A DNA stretch of 57,251 nt, the filler included, from Sphacelaria rigidula (lineage: Eukaryota), in the NCBI GenBank assembly GCA_964200075.2. It is 8 parts of 8 records of this genome, joined end to end, with 100 filler letters (N's around TTAATTAATTAA, not from the genome) between each part and the next. Parts side by side here need not be neighbours in the genome. Positions count along the whole stretch, not along the records: positions 43,016 to 50,083 come from CAXNAA020016653.1; positions 50,184 to 57,251 come from CAXNAA020016654.1; 6 more parts are not named here. One strand, given 5' to 3'. Every line of letters starts with the position of its first letter. Within the stretch, counting starts at the first letter, position 1. The position numbers and the translations under genes were made by a program. The notes beneath the pieces were generated by a model. The model worked only from the letters and a program-made list of their open reading frames with translations. It searched no databases and was not told the origin of the DNA. Below are positions 47,758 to 57,251 of this stretch, one piece after another.

Positions 47758-50700
47758 GCATATGACCATGTGCCCATTATTTACCCCAGTAGTCACGGAA
47801 GGTACGAAGCAGGTACCTTTGACATGTACTGCACGACGCACGAGCTGAGAAGCTGTATGAATTACAAGTGATGTACGAATAGTATGATTCATTGGTTGAA
47901 ATGATGACTTGAGTTGAATCACGAGTTTAGTCGTCCTTCCCGTAGTTTCGTGTAAACCCGTTCCCAAATCGTGACAAACGAATCTGAGCTTCTCCGATTT
48001 GAGCCAATTTGGGGTCCGTACAATGCGGTCCCGGATCGAAGGTCCCCTGATCTGCGTTCAAATTCGTTTTTGCGACTGCCAAACAAATTGGTCTGCGGCC
48101 GCTTCTTAAAGACTGAAAAAAGTCTCCGAGAAAAGTCGCCTTGGTCAATTTCCAGAGATTTTTTCCAGAACGCCACCTTATATGGCCATTTTTCATGAAA
48201 AGGTCTCTGGAAACTGGCCAAAATTTCCAGGGATGTGTACTGAGGACAATCCGCTCCGCGGTGCGGGTTATTTTTTGGGTAATGTCCTAGAAAAGGTGTA
48301 CCTTCGTTTTTTGCCTGAGAGGTGCGAAAAATTGCCAGAAACGCGAAAACAGCCAAACACGCCATTTTGACCGTTTTCGCTCCGGACTATTCACGCACAT
48401 CATTCAGGGGGGCCATCAGCACCCGGGCCTCGAAAAAAAACAGGAGAAAAACATGTTACTCGAGAGCTACTGTCACTCGAAAACGGACATTTCGCCTCCA
48501 GAAACCGCTCACCTGTTGTAGGCCAAATTTCGCTCAGGTAAACCTGATCTAGGACTTCTTTTTCAATCGTACCTTATCCGGGTCACCGATCGGCGGAGAA
48601 CGTACCTCTGCTAGGCCATCGCTCTCTACACTGTGCCTGATGCGGCACATCGCGCGCAAGGGAGTCTACGCGCCAACTTCAACCATGGCGCCCACACATT
48701 CGGCTCTTTTCCCGCTCATTTTCCGTCCACGGACGCCACAACGACCACGCCCCTTTCTCCTCGGAAATGTTTCCCGAGTCTCTCCGCATTTGACACAATA
48801 ACTGGAGTCACAACTCACAGCGCGTCGGTCTTGATGCGGCAGGTTGGTTGTGAAACACCACGGTTCCGTTGCGATCTCGGGGCTGGGGTCAGGGTCAAGC
48901 TAGGCTCTTCCGTCACCAACGGGCGGTGGTCGCATCATCGATGGTTGGTTCAGGCGACGGATACAGTACTGTACGCACGCATGCCCCATCGAGCCCGCGT
49001 GGATCGTCCGTTGGAGTACTTCAGACTGCTCAAATAACCCGAACATCACGACGCCCGTCTTCTTCCCTCCTTCTCCCCTACCATAATGTAGTAGCGGCTG
49101 GGCCGCCTAAGAAGCTCACTTCACTGCAACCCGTTCGAACTGACGATATATCGCGAGTTTTGCCAGTATAGATAACCGGCGGTGGGCTACAAATGTTCAT
49201 GGTTGATATTACTTGATTAGAGTGTGCACAATGAGAATCGAATCTTTAGTACGGCTGACAGTCCCGTGTGCTCCTCGAGTGCGCAGAATGCATTATCGTC
49301 AATCGGCGCCACAGGAGCCGATTTGGGGTTTGCAAAGGCTGCACTTTGCCGAGGGAATGCTTTGTACCGCCCATGTCCGAAAGCTCTCGGTTTGCGTCGG
49401 GTTGGGGTTAGGGTTTCAGGAGTAGGGTTAGGGGTAGCGATACTTGTGACATGTGTCAACCATGGACATTTGGAGCCCAACTCCGGTTAACTAGCCCACT
49501 TAGGCTATGACTCCATCTATGGCCGCAGAAAAAGCAAAGTTTCGGATTTTTGCGCAGAAAAAGGGCTGCGAAAAAACGGCAGGAAAACCAAAATATGTCG
49601 CAGATTTTCACAAAACACAACAGATTTTAACCCTTTTGGGATCGGACCCCCAGTAACACGGGGTCAACACTCTGTTAGTGGAATAATAAAAAATAAGTCT
49701 TCGAGCGACCTGCCCAATCACGGCGAAGCGAAATTTATCAACCAGACCCGAGTGACCAGCGCGGGGATTGTTGTCGACTTTGATATCACTGCAAAGATCG
49801 TGTGGGGGCCCTATCCCTGGCCCAGATAAGCCTCCCCAGGTTTCTAAGTGCAGGGTGGTCGCAGCTTTGTTTTATGGTACTACTTGCACTTCGTATACCG
49901 TTCCCGAGTTTTTCCGGAGTGTTTACTGGGTTCCAAATTATTTTCTGAAACGTAGTAATTTACACTAACACAGGGTGGACCGGAAAAAACCGGGAAGGAG
50001 TGTACATGCCACAATGTGGTCATTTTCACGAGGCACAAAATCCAGGTGGGCTGTGGAAAGACAAAAGGAGCTACCATCATGAANNNNNNNNNNNNNNNNN
50101 NNNNNNNNNNNNNNNNNNNNNNNNNNNTTAATTAATTAANNNNNNNNNNNNNNNNNNNNNNNNNNNNNNNNNNNNNNNNNNNNCTACCTTTTGGGCAATC
50201 AGCCCGAAAAAATCGTGAATTTGGTGATTTTGAGTCGTGATGATTTGTCCTAACCGTGAAACTCTGTTAAAGAAGCTTTGATTTTTTTCTTCAAGATAAT
50301 TGTTTTCCATGTATATTATACACTAGCGGTTATCCATACGAAATTCTAAAGCACGACTCTCGAAAACTGAGATGCGATATCGAGATTTAGGGCATCTAGT
50401 GTCTCTGCTCGTAATATATTGACTTTCGTATGGAACTTTATGTGCACCATATCTCGAGGTGGATAATGAATTAGGTGAAGGTGAGGGTATGTATCGTTTC
50501 CCCGTGTTCCAGAGAATGTCCACATCAAAAATCGCCATCCTCTGTATGCATCGTCCGGGGTTTCATGTAGACTTTAGTATGGACGCTATGTCCGTACGGT
50601 ATAAGAGTTACTAGACATGGGGATTAATCAACGAGATAAAAATGGTCCAGGCTTTTGAGCAGATGGGCGCCCTCCTCTTGGTTAGACGATCAATGCGATA

Positions 50701-51365
50701 TGCGGGTCACGGCCCAACTCGTCTGTATGGATGAGATATTTCTTCAAGAGCTTGAACCCTCTCTAGCCTGGATCAGTCTGTAGTTGCCATTTTTTTACAT
50801 AATCATCGGTTACCATTGTTGTTACTATTCTTTGTCTGACATAGGTTTTGGTTATAACCGCATTCTTCACATATATTTGTTTTAGTTTCAGACTCAAGAA
50901 CCCTCCAGCCCCACGTGTCTGCAAGGTTGCACTAAATCTGGATCGCACAAATTTCAATAATACGGCAGCACGGCAGCATTTGAAACGGCGAGTGTGCTAA
51001 TTTTTCTTCTGACCCTACTTCTTGTGATATCGCGATCTTGGGAAGGTATTCCACCCTCTCTACCGTCGCTTGGAGAAATGACCAACTGTGTGGTGGACCA
51101 GGCAACCTGTCGACCATTCTTCAGGGTAATACACGGCTTGCGCTCGTACGCAGAGATGAAGGAGCTATGGCCAAAGACGATCCCATCATGACATGCCACG
51201 GTAGGATGGAACGAGTAACGAAGGCGCTGACTTCAAAAAACTAAATCTGACGGCCGAAATCGTGTACGTTTTGTTCAAAAATATCACACGTCGGAGGAAC
51301 CACCACCCGTCGGAGGAACCACCACCCGTCGAAACGAGTGCACCTGTCAGTGTTGTTTAAGGACA

Positions 51366-51785
51366 CCGAGCATGACTCGTATACTGGAGTAATATATTTT
51401 GAAAAAAGACGAGCATGACTAGTTCGCCCGAGTTACTTATTTTCTTCACCACGAGCAATGACTCGAGTGCTCGAGTCATTTTTTTCCCAACCACGATCAA
51501 TCACTCGTGTGCTCGAATCATTTATTGCTTTCCCCAGGAGCAATGACTCGGGTGGCCGAGCTATTCATTTTTTGAACCACGAGCACTGACTCGTGTGCTC
51601 GAGTCATTTATTGTTTTCCCCGCGAATAAAGACATTATTCTAACCACGAGCAAAATCTCGTTCACTCGGGCCATTTATTTTTTTAAGCACGAGCAATGAC
51701 TCGTGTATTGGAGTCCTTTATTATTTCCACTACGAGTGATGACTGGTTAGCTCGAGACATTTATTTTTTACACCACGAGCTACCT
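51366..51785. repeat. Degenerate tandem array of about 42-bp palindromic units
   Basis: CACGAGCAATGACTCG(A/T)GTGCTCGAGTCATTTATTTT is repeated about 9-10 times with decay. Confidence 0.8.
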
Positions 51786-52599
51786 ACTCAGTTGCTGTTC
51801 ATCAAGATTCTCAGCCGTGAGCTTTATTTTGCTGTGCGTCGTGCAGGCCGAGGTCCGGTTCGTTGTGAAAGGCCTGCTCCCTGCTGGCCCGGAAGAACGG
51901 ACGAGAGCCGGTAAATTGCTCGAGCGGGATGTACGTCAGACCCGATGGTCCGCACGAGAAGAACCACGACGCTGACTGCAGGCAAACGTACCGTGGGTAG
52001 TCTCAATGCCTCGAAATTAGTGGCGTAAATCTTAACCCCCACGAGCAAGACGATTCCCTCCCGACTTTGCACGTGCGTACGCTATCCACCATGACCCTAG
52101 AGGTCTCGACCTACTCTCTACGAGTCATTCACGAGATACGCAACGAGGCCATCAACAGGGAAACTCTTATTAGGATCGCACGAAATAGTATGCACCACAG
52201 AAAGGGAGGGGCTGCTACGGTCTACGCATTTGACATCTGGATCCGCGGGCGGTGCTTTTGCAACTTTTCCTTGATGCAAGTGTTTGAACGCTTCGGGAGG
52301 GTTGATGTAGTCTCCTTGCGTGCGGTACTTGAGCAGGGAAATACTTCATAAGGTGCGTTGCAGGGGCGGGGGGTCGCCGCTGGGAGGAAGTGCCCTCTAT
52401 CGCTGTCGGGGTGTTCTTCGGGCAGGGGCGGGGATGCCGTTGGGTACACTTGCTGTGGGTGGAAAGTAGGGTGGGTGGTCACGTCGTGCCTGTGATTGGG
52501 TGGGCGTTGTAGTTGCCGTTCTCGGTTTGTTGTACTCTTTTTGGAAGTATTGTCGAATTTGTCGTGACACTTCAACACGTCTATAAACATGCCCATTTC

Positions 52600-53290
52600 C
52601 CTGCGTTCTACAGATTTTGATATTGACCTCCCACCAGCATTCCTGTGAAACCGCCGTATTCAAGGAGCGCCTGGCAGATGAAACAGACATGACCCCTCAT
52701 ATTTTACCCGGTCATCACATAATAACCGTCGTGAACCACCGGCTGTCCTTCAGGAGCACCGTCTATCATTCGACCGTGGAAGATGAAAACATATCACGTA
52801 GTGAATTTTCATCTGGTTGTTGTCGTACATCATCGGCAATCATGAGGGAACGCCGTGTCTACTTCGACCCCGACAAATGAGCGAATGTGACCCAGTCATT
52901 TACATATGACACTCGTTGTTCACCACCACCAGTTGCTCGGGGAGATCGTTTTTGGTTCGACCCTGGCAGATATGAACCGGTATGATCCAGTGATTACACA
53001 CGATACTCGGTACCCATCACCAGCACTTGTCCGGGAGCATCATTTTTGCACCCTGGCAGATGAAAAGAAAAAAGAGCAAGAGACCTTGCACATGATACTC
53101 GCCGTCAACCATGGACACTTGGTCGGGGACATCATCTTTACTCAGACCTTAAACGGTGGAAATATTCTAGGCACAGAGTTTACACGTGACAATCGTTGTC
53201 CAGCAGCAGCACTCGTTCGGGGACATCTTCGTTTATCTGACTCTGGAGGACGAAAAAAACAATTTGCAGGTGATCTTACACATGACACGG
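52600..53290. repeat. Highly degenerate tandem array, about 90-95 bp period
   Basis: ACAC(A/G)TGA-like starts at about 52902, 52997, 53087, 53182 and 53278, with a recurring ACCCTGGCAGATGAA. Confidence 0.6.
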
Positions 53291-54135
53291 TGGATATCAT
53301 ACCGGTCAAACGTTACATCGAATGCGTATGTGACACACTGGGATGATTTCTTTTCCTTCCTTCGTCACGCGGAAGGTATACATGACTATTAATCAGAGAA
53401 GAAACTTCTTGTCACTTGTTTACAGGTTGATCCATCATCGTTTGTTGCTCTCTCTTTCGCATGGCTTGATCACCGATATCATGCTGAAATGAGCCGTCAT
53501 ATAACACACAATGAATCTTCATTATATCGATACCGTATCCCTCAATGTCCACACATTGTGACTATGTCAACATGCTCCGCCAAGTACTTTCCTGTTGCCC
53601 ACTTACTCGCTGCATCCCAACTCCCCAGGCGGCTATCCCTGCTGGCACCGTTCCGTGTGCTTGCGGCGCTGCCTGCGCTGCAGCGTTCGACTGTATTTAC
53701 GCCGCGGCTACTGTTGTACTTCTCCACTACCGTGGTGCAGTGCATGCACATTGCTACTAACATGGAAGTTTCTTTCTACCCGCGTCGTAGCTCTGCAACA
53801 ATGCACGGCGTCTGAGCAGCCAGCTGGCAATGCTACGGTAGGGGTGCACGTTTTTCGTAAAATCGTGTCTGGTTCAGTGACTCGTAATGATTCAAGATGT
53901 ACAAGAATATGGGTCAGGCTATCCCTGTTTGAAAATTCCGTCGGGGTATCCCCAGCACATTGGAATAGTGATCCTGGGGTACTGTCACATATTTCATAAG
54001 TCGTATTTTCGAGGAGACAAATGGCTCCTGAAAAGTTTGACCTCAGAAAATATATGTGCACCCCTACCGTAGCATCACTTCAGCCGCAATCCAGCTGCTA
54101 CTACTGTACAGCATAACAGTCGTGTAATGTGCGGA

Positions 54136-54876
54136 AATAATAATAATAATAATGATAATAACCAGGTACGGTGGCTTAGCTGGTAACCCCCTTTATTCTG
54201 GACGCCAGTCTAGACCTTTCGGTATATGTGGGCGTATCAGCCGGGGTCACACAAGAGGAAGGCCAACACAGGAGCCTATTCTTTTTTCTTTTGTTTTAGT
54301 ACTCCACCTTCCTTCTGCGATGCTTGCCTTATTTTTTATCGCAAAAGCGCTTCAGCGGTCCTTTTCCCTCGTCGATCGTGAACTCGAACTTTTGTGTACC
54401 CACAACATGGTCGCTCTCCACTGTTGGACACACGCGCGGCCATTCCGCTACCCTCCAGAATACTCTGTTCCGGTCAACTTTTCGAGCCTCCAGAGGAATT
54501 AAACGCCTCCAGAGGGTGAGTGGCCCTCCAGAGGGGTGGGATCAAACGCCTCCAGAGGCTTTTTTTGCCTCTGGAGGGCCGCGCACCCTCTGGAGGAACT
54601 AGGAGGATGCGTACCCCTCCAGAGCACCATCTTTTTTGTTACTCTCGAGGGATTCAGACCTCAGAAGTCACTGGAGCATCAGATGCCCTCCAGAGGATTA
54701 GTTTATGTCACTTTGCCCTCGAGAGGATGAAAATTGCGATAGAGGGTGTTTATGGGGGTAGCCGAATGGCCGCGTGTGCATGGTTTGACGAAAAATCCCC
54801 GATCGCTCTGAAACTCCAACCCAAGACCCAATCGTCAAAATATTTCGAGGTTACCAATCGAGCCACGGCGACCGGC
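54136..54876 (-). mobile_element. tRNA-derived SINE interrupted by a TIR element at 54431-54778
   Basis: The SINE body (54186-54430) and head (54780-54876, CGAGGTTACCAATCGAGCCACGGCGACCGGC) are colinear with 47395-47757 once the insert is removed. A (TTA)n tail lies at 54136-54160. Confidence 0.8.
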
Positions 54877-55434
54877 TACAATGTATACAGTGCAAGTAGT
54901 ACAAGTACAAGTGGTACAGTGTACAGCATCCAACTTTCTGCGATAGCCTCCCCCCCAAAGTGGCTGGTTTGACGAGGAAAAATCTACACATAAACCGAAT
55001 GAAAAAAGCCGACCATAATGAGCAGCTGTGAATTCCCACGCTTGGGCTCGTTTCCGCCAATGTCGCCCACATGCAGCTCTTCATGTAAGGCGCCGCATGC
55101 AGCCTGAAATCAAACATCAGGCACTCTATGACCCCTTTCTTCGTGACAATTTTAGGCTGCTTTTTTGCTATCGCAAAAGTGCCAACAACAGACAGGGTGG
55201 AACACTAGGGAGGTATCGGGACATACAAGCGGCTTCATCGAGACAGCACAAAGTCACAGCCCCCCGTCCCTCGCACCTACCCCAGTGCGACTACGACATG
55301 AATCGCCATAGAAAAAATGAAGGTTTTCGTTTTTCCGACTACTGTACCAAAATCCAATTGCTTGAGGGGTACGACTCGTGGGGTTTAGTTGGTGGGGCCT
55401 TGGGGTATATACGTCTGGTAATCCAATCGATTGT

Positions 55435-55845
55435 TGCGACCGGCGTTCTGCTCAACGTACCCCCGTTGTGCGTCGGGGTATACTCCTCGTGTATGCGACA
55501 TACATCATGGCGGTACAAGTCTCTGATTAGGCTACTTCTACGGTACTGCACGGTGACGTCCTGCCTCTTTGCTGCTGAGTGCACGGCAGGGTGGAGCGCC
55601 GGCGCCTTGTGGGCCGAGCCGTGCTGTTGCCGTTCTGCAGTTTTGAATCGGCGTTTTGTTCAACGCACCTCTTGTGCACTGAGGCATACACCTTGCGCAT
55701 GCGACATACAGCCTGGCGGTACAAGTCGCGTATGAGACTATTAATGCAGTTCTGCACGGTAACGTTCTGCCTGCTCCCGGGGTACACTGCCGGGCGAGGC
55801 ACCGGCGCCTTGCGGGGCGGCCCGTGCTGGTCCCATTCTGTAGTA
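55435..55845. repeat. Diverged tandem duplication, about 209 bp x2
   Basis: CGGCGTTCTGCTCAACGTACC at 55441 and CGGCGTTTTGTTCAACGCACC at 55649. TATGCGACATACA..TGGCGGTACAAGTC occurs in both copies. Confidence 0.8.
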
Positions 55846-57251
55846 TAGCTATAGATTGTGTGCTCCCAATATATCTTGCTGGATCACCATTCCTCTATAC
55901 CGTCCACAGTGGGGCTGACTACATGTTTCCCTCGATGTAAGCATATCACTGTGAAGTGTAGACCAACCTGGTGACACACGGCACCGCCACTGAATGAGGA
56001 AAGAAAATAAAAAAAAATGTACTGCACAATGTATAACCTTAACTACTGACGAAAACAAAAGAAGAATCTGTCGGGATTCGAACTCATGACCTCCATAATT
56101 GGAGTCTCCCATCACTTCATTTATAGGGGTGCAGCAGCGTCACGGAAAAAGTTGAACGCAAGGCCCAATTCGACGACTTTTGAGCTGAAATTTCAGGAAG
56201 ACCGTCTGCACCCAAGGAACTGATACTTCACGTGTCCAGCTGCAGATTCTCATTTTTTCCGTGGACTTATGATTATATCTTGTTTTGCTGAAATTCAAAT
56301 GCCTGTAATTTGTTTATTTATTCATTTGTTTTCTCTGCTGGTCAGGTGATCTTCTGCATTTCGATCATAAAAAGCTGCTGTCAAAATTTTAGCGTCCAGC
56401 TCCTAATTTCGCGCCGTGCGTAATCTGAGCGAGATTCACACCTACTCTTGGCTGGCCCAGCTCGTACGATACCCCGGTATTTCGAGATACAGGTACCTAC
56501 CGTACCTGCCCAATCGGGTATTTTCAAACGACATACCTACGATACCTACGATACCACGGTAGTTCGAGATCTCAATACTTACCGTACCCGCTCAATCAGG
56601 TATTGCCGAAACTCATACCTACCTATTATACGATATCCACGCCTACCACAGTATGGGCTACCCCGGTAAATACCGGGGGTACGCTCGGCACGGTACCTTA
56701 CCTACGGTTCCTGTGTAATCATGGTACGCTTAAGGCACCCGACGGGTAAAACTCTGTTCCGTGGGAACCCCGACACGTGAAACAATGCCTAGAGTATCCG
56801 TAGAGAGATAATCTAATCCTTTATCAGGACCTGTTTTAGCGGCACAGCGCCCATACATGAGGATATATGGATAGATTATTGTTGCGAAATGTGGAAATCA
56901 ACCAATCAGAGGCCCTTCAGTGAGCAATCGGTGGAATCTAGTGCCAATGAAATGCGCCCTTCGTAGTAAATTATGTAGTTAAAAATGCTTGTGATTGGCT
57001 CGCAGACTCGAGTCACAACTGAAGTGTACCCCGGGACGGATAGAACAGCAGCAGTGAAACGAAGCTGCAAGCAGACAACCAGACAGCCAGTGGTACACTA
57101 CCGTCACAGTGGGTCATTGCGATACTCGTATATCGGTATAATCCAATCTGACCACGGCTGGTTCTGTCTTTCCGTGACCGCGAGCGCTGGCGCCGATGCC
57201 AGCGGTAGCAGCGGCCATGCTGACGGGTGCAAGCAGTACCCTGGCGGTGCA

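Noticed and set aside
51366-51785. CRISPR-like array of palindromic repeats
   Set aside because: Units are degenerate, spacers are short T-runs rather than unique 25-45 nt sequences, no cas genes are present, and the context is eukaryotic.

Overview
Eukaryotic, intron-rich and transposon-rich DNA, most consistent with a photosynthetic stramenopile, probably a brown alga (inference from a signal peptide followed by an SF-VP plastid motif, long spliceosomal introns and Gly-rich insertions). The window is not one locus. It is eight length-sorted contigs of 7068-7070 bp joined by artificial N44-TTAATTAATTAA-N44 linkers, so no adjacency across a linker is meaningful. I spliced five partial genes by hand. 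(1) A soluble pyridine-nucleotide transhydrogenase (SthA/UdhA-type, [10 protein letters not shown]) with a mitochondrial-looking presequence and a GC-AG intron. (2) Head-to-head with it, a plastid-targeted inositol monophosphatase. (3) Katanin p60 AAA exons. (4) A large protein carrying a phosphoglycerate-kinase fold that has lost most catalytic motifs. (5) A four-exon gene end of unknown function. The rest is non-LTR retrotransposon fragments whose 3' ends abut C-runs, tRNA-headed SINEs, nested hAT elements with a decayed transposase, stacked palindromic MITEs and several complex tandem arrays. The best leads are the intron-containing eukaryotic SthA and the PGK-like pseudoenzyme.
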